DNA of 64,000 bases. Origin: Proteromonas lacertae (lineage: Eukaryota). A program made the translations under genes and the position numbers. Below are positions 13,001 to 24,160 of the stretch, in pieces (within the stretch, counting starts at the first letter, position 1; the number at the start of each line of letters is the position of its first letter). Where the stretch lies: assembly GCA_002245135.1 (NCBI GenBank), contig NGBS01000293.1, forward strand, positions 434,001 through 498,000, given 5' to 3'. Below the pieces are notes generated by a model. That model ran no database searches and was not told the DNA's origin. It saw nothing but the letters and a program-made list of their open reading frames with translations.

Positions 13001-14012
13001 AGATGTAACTGGAGCTGGAACAGGAAATACAAAGAATGTGAAATTTGGTGATTATTATTTGACAACAGATTTATATCGTAATATCGAAAACACCTTAGAA
13101 AATATAAAAATTGGAGATAATAAAGCGGTGAGTTTCAAAGAATCTTATGCAGTTTCAATATTCAAACAAATTTATGAATTAATAAAACGTAATTTCCGAA
13201 ACTCATGGAGATTATTAGAATACAATATGGCTAGATTCCGAATCTCCTTATTTATGAGTTTAGCGATGGGTGTGTTATACTATCAAACTCCAATGGATAC
13301 AACAGGTAATCTACAAAGTAGATATGCTTGTTTAGCGACTTTCTCAATGACAATGGCTGTTAACAATATCCTTGGAGTAGTTCCAGTGTTATTAGATCGA
13401 AGAACAGTTTTCTATCGTGAAGATGCGATGAGAACTTATCATCCAATTGCTCAATTAATTGGAGCATTGTGTGCAGAATTTGTATTTACTTTCTTCGTAA
13501 CATGGTGTTATTTATGTTTCTATTATTCAATGGCAGGATTGAAATCAACTGCTGAAGCTGTTTTTCGACATTTCTTTACAATGTATTCGTTTTTAATGTT
13601 TGCTGTAACAGCTGGTCATTTCTTTTCATATTTCTATCCAGTAGTTCAGATGAATGGTATATTTTCATCATGTTTGTTGAATATTTTGTTTACTTCAAGT
13701 GGTTTTACAATTCCTTATCCTTCATTAAAAGCTCCATGGAAACAGATATTTTGGATAAATCCATTAGCTTATATGGTTCAAGCTGCAGCTGGAAATCAAT
13801 TCAAATGTGATAGTTATGAAAGTGATATTGAAAAATGTGATAGTTTTACGTTTGCAGGTGAAAAGATGTATGTTCAAGATTATTTTGCTAGTCGATATAA
13901 TATTCGATATGATTTGTTTTGGAATTTCATTGGCTATATATGGATTGAGTGGTTTGTGATGGTGTTATTGTATTTTTGGGTATTGAAGAAAGTAAGATAT
14001 CTTGATCGTTGA
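10059..14012 (+). CDS. Full-size ABCG/PDR-type transporter (NBD-TMD)x2, intronless
   Basis: 1317-aa ORF. NBD1 has GPPSCGSST and CSGGEMKRV, NBD2 has GASGAGKTT and LFLDEPTTGLD, and there are two TM blocks. Confidence 0.95.
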   Translation: MNEQEIELTDVTSDKNTQLPIIDVSLNTAKEALEHGYEYYAKQIKTMLPDLPPVDIAMKGVNVTAQQPISAKHGTTNVLSGFYNQIRSLFPCGLYTPKSVLRNITFRFKPGTSTLVMGPPSCGSSTVLKALAEILPKSQISGSIKCNGKDLSELNWKRYSSFCGQLDIHLPLLTVKETFDFAVACLNGKGEMKSKGHSMIEDDINLRTDLFLTLLGLKNCENTIVGDAVHRGCSGGEMKRVSLGESLLTPSRVLLLDKISTGLDSAVTFDICKFLNQWTKIFEGILVCHLLQPDPEVIALFDNMIILSEGQVTYAGPCDGILPYFNSIGYEMIEGKDLGAFICEVGKEETRIVYRKDESIPLTTQYLVEKYEMSDLKKNNLESVNEKVEKTEVPKNDYNETMFNKSHPMPFWHELMYLLRRQLTITLQDKGFIMIRLLQQVIMGLIYGWIFFQVDSNDYIARCGSVVACVMTLVNTAMSLVIAIFRQKPVLYKQVQRGYFSVPSYVLSVVVNQYPMQLIEVVIYGSIIYFMSGFSLTEGGSHYFIFIAYLFIGYITFTSFQLIMMYLYGKLAVLSAFLPIVGFFLNSFNGFNITRNTLPKWLIEFYYFSPMSYMIKGMAINEFTSSKYNREDAIRYLEAFDFPTDKNEQWQYFLILICECIVFIILQMIVLHYIVYDPFPPSKTVSIKDVKAVDVTRQSEMSARSSASEVNFNTVDFSFEHIKYTVKVKDASSKRKIDKVLLNDVSGYVRAHSMTALMGASGAGKTTLLDVLANRKTQGKIEGKFLLNGKEYKMKDLCMISGYVEQQDTLPETETVMDALMFSARLRYPGHPRESTIHNYVKQVIELLELKEYKDMMIGAPDSGLPMGVRKLVMVGIELVANPSILFLDEPTTGLDSSAALLVCQVLQRIAASGRSIICTIHQPSFEIFKLFSDVLLLERGGKVVYFGPLGENGSKVVEYMEKIDGVSGIGKDQNPASWMLDVTGAGTGNTKNVKFGDYYLTTDLYRNIENTLENIKIGDNKAVSFKESYAVSIFKQIYELIKRNFRNSWRLLEYNMARFRISLFMSLAMGVLYYQTPMDTTGNLQSRYACLATFSMTMAVNNILGVVPVLLDRRTVFYREDAMRTYHPIAQLIGALCAEFVFTFFVTWCYLCFYYSMAGLKSTAEAVFRHFFTMYSFLMFAVTAGHFFSYFYPVVQMNGIFSSCLLNILFTSSGFTIPYPSLKAPWKQIFWINPLAYMVQAAAGNQFKCDSYESDIEKCDSFTFAGEKMYVQDYFASRYNIRYDLFWNFIGYIWIEWFVMVLLYFWVLKKVRYLDR

Positions 14013-14235
14013 ATGATATTTTCTACATGTTTTGATTAATATTTTTGTTATTTTTATTGTTTATTTTCTCTTTTCCTTTTTTAAATTGAATTGATGTAAG
14101 AGAGTATTTTAACTATAATTCTTGTTTTAAGAATGATTATCTTTGCAATAATGAAAAATAGAATTTTCACACCAATGAAAATGATGTTTTTATAAATAAT
14201 ACATCTTTCAAAACTTCTTCTTCATTATTCTTTTA

Positions 14236-14950
14236 CTATCATAATTACTTCTTTCTATATACTGTTTCTACTTCATTAAATAACTCTCATCATTCACACA
14301 TATTACACTACAAGCTAAATCTTGAATTTATCTCACTTATATCTACTACACACATCCAATTCCATAAACAAATATTAAATATCATCTACATCATGTTTAT
14401 ATTACATTTCCACTTATCAATAACATAAACTAACACTAAAACTTAACTATTCATCATTTATATCATCATATCATATGCAATATACATTAATAAATCATAA
14501 TTAAGTGTTATTGTCTTCATCACACCTTCTGCAATTGAAATTAAATCACATTTTAAGTTTTGGGTTATTCAAAATTTTGATAAAATCGAATTTCATTATT
14601 TTTGTTATATATTTACATAAAGATGATAATAAAAGTGAATAAACGCATAAGAGAAGAGGGGTATATTTTGTATTTATTTTTATGATAGATTGTGTCGAAA
14701 ATTGGTTAGAAAGTGGTTTTGGTGATATAGAAGTGAAGATTAGAGATAATCGAATAATGTCAATCAAGTCAATTTTAGTGAATGGAAATGAAACTGTAAA
14801 GAAACTGTTGTTAGATGGTGAGTTTGTAGGAGTTTTGGAGTTATATGAAGAAATCGAAGAAATTGGCTATTATGAGATGGAGAAATACTACAGTGGTGGT
14901 GAACTGATAATGTGTAAAGAGAGTGTGTGTGAAGTGTTGATGTTTTGTTT
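14236..14950 (+). pseudogene. BTB-BACK-Ig-SPRY family copy 1: upstream region plus 5' coding fragment (ATG 14623), truncated at 14950
   Basis: Near-identical to 20804-21470 and to the reverse complement of ~38415-39125. Similarity stops abruptly after GATGTTTTGTTT. Confidence 0.9.
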
Positions 14951-15060
14951 TATAAAAATATCCTATTTAACCTAATAACATAAAATGATAAACTAATCCA
15001 CAAAATATTAAGCTTCATCTGGTTATATATCATGAGAAAATTGAAATGAAATATAATGAA

Positions 15061-15146
15061 TGATTGGTTTTACTTTGAATGATTTAATTGGTTACACTTG
15101 GAACTATTTGATTGGTTATACTTGGAACGATTTGATTGGCTATTTC
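15061..15146. repeat. About 3.5 copies of a 24-bp tandem unit, each containing ATTGG (inverted CCAAT)
   Basis: tgattggttttactttgaatgatt / taattggttacacttggaactatt / tgattggttatacttggaacgatt / tgattggctatttc. Confidence 0.9.
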
Positions 15147-15266
15147 ATAAAAATCAATTTTTGATCATATTTCATCTAATAGTGATCCTAAAGCTATTAT
15201 TATATAAAATTTTGAATTATTGAAATATACAGTATTTTACTAGAATATAAAAATTTGAAGATAAAA

Positions 15267-18200
15267 ATGTCCGAGAAGAGAAAACTACCTGATTATTTTC
15301 AGTCAAGATATTCTAAGAAAAATTGTACTGGTGTAAATGATATTATAGGGGGAAAATTGAAGGATATTGACTTTATTAGCAGTAATTCTGTTTCTTATGG
15401 GGAAGTTCATTACAAATTCATACTGAATGAATTTAATGATGAAGTTTATTGTGGTTATAGTGAAAATTATTATAATATTTCTGAGAATAGTCCTTATATT
15501 AAGATATTAGCAGATCATTGTGAAACATTTGATGGAAAACAAATAACAAGTATCAAAGGAAACGTAGGAATAGCTTATGAAGTGATTTATGATATGATCA
15601 ACAGAAGAATGTATATTAAAGAAACGAATGGCGTTCCAGTGGAAATATGTACAATCGATTCATTAGGAGCAATTTTTCTATTTGTTACAGTGGGTAAGAA
15701 TAGTGAAGTTGAGTTTATAGACCATTGGAAATTACCACTCATAGTAAATAGAAAAAAGATTCATAATAAAAGAATTGATAATAATATTTTTAGTTTTAAA
15801 ACACGTACTGAACAGTTATATAATAATGATAGTGATAATGTTTGTGATAAAATAGAGTATGTTGTTTGTAATGAAGTATTCAAAGATATTGGTAACCACA
15901 ATTTTGATTTTATCTTAAACACAGAAATGAAAAAGAATGATGGATTATATCATTTCTATTATCAATTAATTAGTGATGGTCAAAGTATTAGCTTTGGTTA
16001 TTTTGATACAGAAATACAACTAACGAAAATTCAAGGAAAAGTAGGAGAAATATATGAAGTAATATATGATATGATAAATATGAAAATGTGGATTAAAAAA
16101 GAAAATGGTACAATAAGAGAAACAGCAGAAGCCATACACTTGCCAACACCACCAATACAATTACCAGTAATCTTAATTAAACCGATATATCCATGTGTTA
16201 GTATTGGCAATGCAAAAGGTTTAGTTAAATTAATAGAATATTATAAAGAAAGAGAGAATTATATGTCATATAAGGATATTGCAGTGTATAAGAATACTAG
16301 AATTTATGAAATTGATGATTACAGAGAATATGATAGAATCTATTTAGCAAATGTGATAGATGTGCCAAATACTATTTATGGAATATACAATTATGAAAAG
16401 TATTACTGGATGTATGAATTGTCATTAATAAAGGCTAATGCGCCAAACACTGATCTTAAAACGATAAAAGAGATTATACAAAGAAGATTTGTATTAAATG
16501 TTAAACAAAAAGAATATGTAGATTCAAGTGATATTTTTGATTTAATAGTATTCATGAACTGTTATGCTGATGAAATTTCAGATTCCTTAGATTTGCCAGA
16601 TAGTTTCATTAGAGTGGTTAATAATATGAGTATTATCGAACTGGATAGGTTAGATAAGGAAGGTAAAGTTGTTCAACCTATTGAAAAAAAGAAATATTTA
16701 CATTTTATATCAGCAAAGAATGATGTATTCCAATTTCCTACAAATAACATTTACATTAGAAAAGGTTATTACACAATGTATAGAGATATTGCTAAACTTT
16801 TCAAAAAATATACCAATGTTATAATCACAGGCCATCCAGGTATAGGTAAAACATCTTTTATATATGTTATACTATTCTTTATAAAGAATTTATATAAGAT
16901 GGAAGCATTAACTAAAGAAATATATGGTATTAGAAATAATCTGAATGATTTAGGTTTAGCAAATGTATGTGAATTGAATCCCGATGATAAAATTAACGAA
17001 ATAACAGAAGAAATTACCAGAATAGTAGAAGAAATAAGGGATGAATATAAAAGACTAAAATATATTAAAAGAATAATAAGCTCCAAAGCAGAAACTTTAC
17101 CTCATAGATCGGAGTGTTTACATTATATTGATTATATTGTTAATGGAATGATACGTGTAAATAATTATTATAATTTTAGAATAGATGAAATAGAAGATGA
17201 TAATGAGCTGAAATATAATGATAGTTTATACAATGATATAAATCCTTCGTTGGATATAGTCCATCAATTTTATTTAAGATTAGAGGAAGAAATTAAAAAG
17301 ATTGATAATCTAACTCTCATCAAAAGATTATTCTTTTTATTAAAAGAAAAAATAGATGAATTAAATATCATTAAGGATTATACAAAAATAGATAATTTTT
17401 TAGATGATTCATGGAGAAGAAAAGACGGAAAGTTGAAAGATATTTATATAGTAAAAGGAAAGAGATGGGGAAATTCAAGTGACAAAAAAATATATTTATT
17501 TAGAGATGGTTTTATTTTTAAAATATACATTCCATTGGAAGATATTAATGATTCGATAATCATAGTTGACACTTTAAATGAAGAATTCGGAAGAAATAAC
17601 AAAATAATATCAATTAGTTCACCTGAAAACAAAAACTATGACAGATATGAGACGACATCCATAAAATATAAAGAAATGTATTTTGATTCTTTGGATGATA
17701 TAGAAATTAGGGAATGGTTTAAGTACTGTACTGGTTTTAATGTTAGTGTTGAAGATAATAATTTTAAAGAAATATGTGAAAGATATGGATATATTCCTCG
17801 TCAAATATATTACCATTATTTGTATAAAGAAAATTATGAAAACAGAAATTATTGGAAATATTATAATCAGTTGATAGATGGTGTTATAGGTACTATTGGC
17901 TATCAGAAGTTTAAAAATGCATATCAACATAGAGACTCTTTAAAAGGTTATCCTTTATCCAACATTATATTAAAATATCAGTTTCAATCAAAATGGAGTA
18001 ATGAGTTAGGACATTTTATATTAAAACCGGAAGAAGAATTAATATATATTTCCAATTCAGTTAAGAATTATATTCAGTGTAAATTCTATCCACCTAAAGA
18101 TAATGAAGAATATGGTTTACTCAAAAATACATATAAGTCATTTACTGATATATATGTGAAAAGAATGTCATTAAAACAAGTTATAGCATATGAATTAAGT

Positions 18201-20189
18201 ATTAATAAGATTAACTTTAGAATAGTAAAAACTGATAATAGAAGACATGATGAATATGTAAGTAATCCAAAATTCAAATTAAATACTAATAAAGATGTAT
18301 CTTTTTGTAATAACAATAATACATTGAACCTTGTTTATTTTATATTGGATGATAATAATTTCTTTGATCTAATTATGGATGGAGTATTTATTAAAGTATT
18401 AGATGATGATGAGAAGTTAGATAATAATGAAAGGTTTAATAAGGATAATGTACCACATAATATTAAAGAAAGAATGGAACAATCAATAAAAGTATAATTA
18501 TATATATTTATTATGAAATAGGAATATAGTAAAAATGATGATTTTGTGTATTGTGTAATCATATATCAAACACCACCCAAAATTATATATAATACAGAAA
18601 TGACATTTCAACCTCTGCCTCAACCATTATCAGTACCTGTAACCCCATCACTATTACTACTACTACCACCACCACTAGCACCAATATCCTCAACTACAAC
18701 TGAAGAAAATTATGTTTTTGTAGGTGATAAAACATATCTTATGAGAAAATGTTATAAAGATATGTTGAAAATTATTTGTAAAGATGATTTTAATTTTCCA
18801 TATCAAAGAAATTATTTAATATTTGGTAATAGTAAAATTGGTAAAACAGTATTAGGTGATATTCTGAAGGATAAACTTGAAAAAAAGTTATCTGGAAATA
18901 TTCAAGTATTTACAGATTATGGAAGTGAACAACATGAATCAAAGAAAATAAAATATGATAAGAATAAACCATATGTCGTCATTGTTAGAGGAAAAGCTGT
19001 AGGTGAAGATGATTATGCTGATGCAAAAATGGTTATAATGTTAGCTAATCCATCTGATGAAAAGTGTAAAACATTTCAAAGCAAAAGATGTCCATTGGTG
19101 ATGTATATACCTCCATTTACAAAAAAAGAAATAGAAGAAGTAGTAACTATGTTGGGAATAAGTAAAGACTTAGAAGCAGTTGACATACAATCTAATATAC
19201 AATTATATCTTGATAAATATGAATTATATGGAGGTGTTATTGGAAATTATGGTATAAATGAAAGTATATTAGAATTATGTGTAGATAGTAATTTGATGAA
19301 AGAAAAGATGAAAGGTATTAGTAAATCATCTTTGTCAAAATGTGAGTATGAAAAACTACTCATATATGAAACAGATGAAAATGATGTTACTAAGTCTGAT
19401 AATCTTAGATTTCTATCTGATACTATTAGAGAAATTGTATATAAAGTGCTATTTAAAGATGTTCGTGGTTGTAAAAATATGATAGACATGTTTGATGAAT
19501 ATCCAACTGGATCTGGAGCAGGAGAATTATATGAAAGAATTATATTTTATTTGATGAAAAATTCAACTGATTTTAGAAATGATATTGTTAAAAAAATGAA
19601 GGATTTGATGTGGGAAATATTTAAAGATGATGAAGATTCAAATGTTTTAAAAGAATTTCTTAAGAAGAAAGTGTACGTAAGTAATGAAAAAAGTGAAGTG
19701 AAAAGTGAAGCTGATTTGAAAAAGAGAATTACACAATTCTGTAATAATGACGATGAAATGGCATTCATTCCTTTAAATTATTGTCATGATTTCCCTGATA
19801 TTGATGCTTTAGTTGGACCGTTTGGTATTCAAATTACAATTCGTAAACAACATAAATTTGCTCCTGAAATGGCAATGATTCTTCAAAATTTGTATAGAAT
19901 GTATACAGAAGGATATAATGAACAAGCAAAGAATTATATTACCACTGTTGATGAAAAATTTAAATTTGGTTACTTTTTTATAAGTAATCAAAATAATGTT
20001 TATTATGAAAAAGTATTTGACAGAGTTACTGAGTATTATCCAAGTTTTTTTCAAGAATTAACACAAGATTTAGAAGATGATGAAAAAGAAGTATTGTATG
20101 AATTAGCTAAAAAACAGAAAAGAACAATACTTGTTGAAAGTAAAACTCTATATTTATATTGTATGAAGTTGATAGAACAAACAAAATAA
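15267..20189 (+). CDS. Crinkler/RHS-like protein of ~1630 aa: 2x SPRY-like header, P-loop NTPase, REase-like, Pro linker, P-loop NTPase, REase-like
   Basis: ORFs 15255-18497 and 18546-20189 join in frame through a 30-nt GT-AG intron at 18492-18521. Motifs include IYIRKGY..VIITGHPGIGKT, YLMRKCY..LIFGNSKIGKT, MYIPPFTKKEI, YGGV, GELYE and FPDIDAL..GIQITIRKQH. Confidence 0.8.
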
Positions 20190-21143
20190 TTAATAATAAT
20201 TGATTAAAATAACTCTTAAGAGTTATCATTATAAGAATTTTCTAATTGATTTTTTTGACTTTAAAACTTCCCTTTACTGCTCTGGCACAGTAAATACATA
20301 TTGAATAAACATATTGTCTTAATTTCCTCCTTTCTGTCCTTTCTTCTCTTGTCTCGCCTGTACGGAAATTGAACATATCCTTTTTCAAGAATGGCTGTAT
20401 ATGTAGGTCCTTTTCTGTCCCTTTTTTCAAAATTAGTTTTTCATAAATACTACATATATTATATCTCCAATTGTTAATAAAATATATTAACCTGTTCAAC
20501 AACAAATATACCTATGTTTATTTCTATTTATCAAAATATTATGTAAATTTTATGTATTAAATCTATCCAAATAACATACTTATAAATGTATTGTTCATTT
20601 ACATGAATAGTATCACTTCATAATAGAAATATGAAACAATTGATATAATCTGAATATTATATAAATTAATAAACTACTCATAACTTATTTGAATATATAC
20701 AGTTAAATAAACTTATTAAAATTAGCTAAATTTTAATATTCATTAATTCACAGTATTTCAAAGAAACAGTACTTAATTTATAGATTTATTTAACTTAGCT
20801 ATTATAACCTTCATCATTCACACGTATTACACTACAAGTTAAATCTTGAATTTATCTCACTTATATCTACTACACACATCCAATTCCATAAACAAATATT
20901 AAATATCATCTACATCATGTTTATATTACATTTCATTATCAATAACATAAACTAACACTAAAACTTAACATTCATCATTTATATCATCATATCATATGCA
21001 ATATACATTAATAAATCATAATTAAGTGTTATTGTCTTCATCACACCTTCTGCAATTGAATTAAATCACATTTTAAGTTTTGGGTTATTCAAAATTTTGA
21101 TAAAAATCGAATTTCATTATTTTTGTTATATATTTACATAAAG

Positions 21144-23263
21144 ATGATAATAAAAGTGAATAAACGCATAAGAGAAGAGGGGTATATTTTGTATTTATTT
21201 TTATGATAGATTGTGTCGAAAATTGGTAGAAAGTGGTTTTGGTGATATAGAAGTGAAGATTAGAGATAATCGAATAATGTCAATCAAGTCAATTTTAGTG
21301 AATGGAAATGAAACTGTAAAGAAACTGTTGTTAGATCGTGAGTTTGTAGGAGTTTTGGAGTTATATGAAGAAATCGAAGAAATTGGCTATTATGAGATGG
21401 AGAAATACTACAGTGGTGGTGAATTAATAATCTGTAAAGAGAGTGTGTGTGAAGTGTTGATGTTTTGTTTATGTTATAGTGAAAAAGAGATAATAAATGA
21501 TTGTTATGAATTTGTGAAGAATAATATAGATGATGAAGTATTAATGAAATTAATTCATATGTGTAATGTATTTGGTGGATGTTTGAGAGAGATAGAAGAC
21601 TTGAAAAATATGGAAATAGAAAAGCGAGGATATAAATATTTATATAAGAATGAATATTTGTTGAGATTAGAAATGAATAATTTGATAGAGATATTAAACA
21701 CGAAAGATGTGATAATAGTGAATGAGTTATGGTTATTAAATCGATTGTTAGAATGGTATAAATTCCAAAAGAATAAGAAAGATAATAAAGAGATTAAAGC
21801 AGATTTTAAACAATTGATAGAAGAAGATATCGATGGTGAAAAGATAAAAGAGAAAGAGATAGAAAAAGAGAATAAAGAAATGTTGAAAGAAATGAAAATA
21901 GAATTAAAGAAAAATGAATGTAAAAATCATATAGAAATATATTTAATAAAAGATGATAGAATTCAAAATGTAATAATCAATAATTACAATGAAGATAATG
22001 AAGAAGAATTTAATGAAGAAGAAAGAAGAATATTGGATAAAATGAAAGAAGAAGAATTGAATGATGAAATAATGTGTATATTAGAAATGAATAATATAAA
22101 AATAACAGAAATAGTATTGATGATAATGAAATATAAAAATATGAAAATGGAAAGTATAAATACTAAAAATATATTTAAATAGAATATATCTCAAATATCG
22201 AAAAGAGAAATCTATTGGAAAGACTATATATAGAATATAATGAGAATAAAAGAAATCGAACAATGAAATGTTTATGTTTGTTTGTTGATGATAAAAAGAA
22301 TATTTCAATAATAGAAGAAGTATGTGGAAAAGAGATTCTTTTTAGAATATTGAATGAAGATAATTATTTAAATTCCATATCCAAAGAAATATTAATAGAA
22401 TATATAAAAGAGAATAAATTGAGTTTCGAAGAAGAAGAAGAAATGATTGTAATAATGAAAGATAAAGAATTATTGAGTGAATTAAAAACAAAAGAAATCA
22501 CATCATTTTCATATCCTCAATTAGAATATTCATTTGAAATAAATGAAGAAATATCAATAATTCCATCATTTGATGGAAATCGATGTGAATTTTCAATCAA
22601 TCCTTCATTACCTGATGGTTTAATGATAGATAAAGAGAATGGAATAATTAATGGAAAAGTGAATAAAGAAATAGAAAATAGAGAATATGAAATAATATGT
22701 AAGAATATTGTAAATGAAAAGAAATTCAAAATATCATTAGAATGTATGTTAGGAAAATTCACAGAATTAAACAAATGTGATGGAATATCAATATCAAATA
22801 ATGGAAAATTAATAACAAATCCTCAAAATGGTTGGCATCATTGTTATTTGAATTTGAAAATGGAAAATGGAATATATCATATCAAATATAAATTTCATCA
22901 AAATGGAAGTTATAATGATGGTATAATGTTAGGATTATCAAATAATAATACATATTCTGGTGGTGATATTTATTATCAATCAACAACATATAATTATTGG
23001 AATATGATTGTTTAAGTCAAGATATTGCTCAATTTTGTCATATTGGAAGAGTTGTTAATAAAAATCCAAATTTCAATAATCATAGAGATGGTTCAATTTA
23101 TGAAGTGATAGTTGATATGAATAAAAGAGAATTTTGGATAAGTCATAATAATTCATCTCCTGTTTTACTTGTTGAAGATTTACCTTCTCCATTATATCCA
23201 TATGCTGAATTATTTTATAAAAACACATCAATAGAATTGTTATCAGTTTCTCATCAAGATTAA
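21144..23263 (+). CDS. BTB-BACK-Ig(He_PIG)-SPRY family copy 2; introns 21182-21209 and 22154-22182, 1-nt frameshift at ~22996
   Basis: BTB-like GFGDIEVKI..IKSILV, BACK-like VIIVNELWLLNRLLEW, He_PIG-like FSINPSLPDGLMIDKENGIING, and SPRY-like GSIYEVIVDMNKREFWI..PLYPYA. Confidence 0.8.
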
Positions 23264-23419
23264 ATATAATTTTTAATAATAACATTACTATTTTTTATTT
23301 GTTAGTATGTCATCACTGTGTATCTACTAGATTAATAGCAAAATGTACATATATATGCTGTATATTGAGTTTTATTATAATAAAAATATATTCGTTACAT
23401 ATTTTTGTTTTTTTTCTTT

Positions 23420-23970
23420 AAATGCAGAAATATAACATAGAATTCGATTCTGATATAGAATAGAAGCAATATTGATAAATATATTCAAGTTGAAACCATT
23501 TATCTCCTCCAATATTATATTAATTACCTTTTTCTCTAGTTAATGAAAGAAATAAATATAAAATATCAGATTTGCCATATTTGATAAAATCAAAGAAAGA
23601 TCTAAATATATTCAAATTTGATGATTTAATGCCTCATATATATGATGAAGATGAATTAAAATCATGTAATATTAGTTCAAATATGCCAATAAACAATGAT
23701 AAAGTGATTCAAAGATAATTAGAATCATATGAAGGAGTGAAAGAAGTAATTAATGATAAGATATTATCAGAACCAAATACTGTTTACAGAATTAGTTCAA
23801 ATCGAATTGAAATGTTTGTTGTTTATCAAACTCTTAATGACAATCCAAAAAGAGAAGAACTTAATTATTATGGGAATAGATGTGTTATAACTCCACCATT
23901 TAAAACGAAAAACAATGAAGAAATATATAGTTGGTTGATTTTGTTAAATTTAACTAAATTTATTATTTGA
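23420..23970 (+). pseudogene. Degenerate coding remnant of unknown family
   Basis: A protein-like frame at ~23539-23970 is interrupted by an in-frame TAA near 23716, and the 5' part is broken. Confidence 0.35.
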
Positions 23971-24160
23971 TTTGTAATTATTTAGCCAATAAAATTAAAT
24001 AAATAATTTCTGCTTTAATTTCCTCTTGTTACACATGAATAAGAGAAAATTATGAATTAATTACATAAATATGATATATAAAAATGTTACATAATAAATA
24101 AACACAAAATAACAATAAAGAAATACAATAATAATGAATATAATAATGAAATAATAGTAT

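Noticed and set aside
15061..15146. CRISPR-like array
   Set aside because: The units are directly adjacent degenerate tandem repeats with no unique spacers, in a eukaryotic context.
14951..20803. Helitron or TIR transposon
   Set aside because: I found no convincing terminal inverted repeats, no 3' hairpin with CTRR and no Rep/helicase or DDE ORF.
22740..23263. Diversity-generating retroelement as the source of SPRY variability
   Set aside because: There is no reverse transcriptase or template repeat in the window, and the differences include indels and are not evidently adenine-specific.
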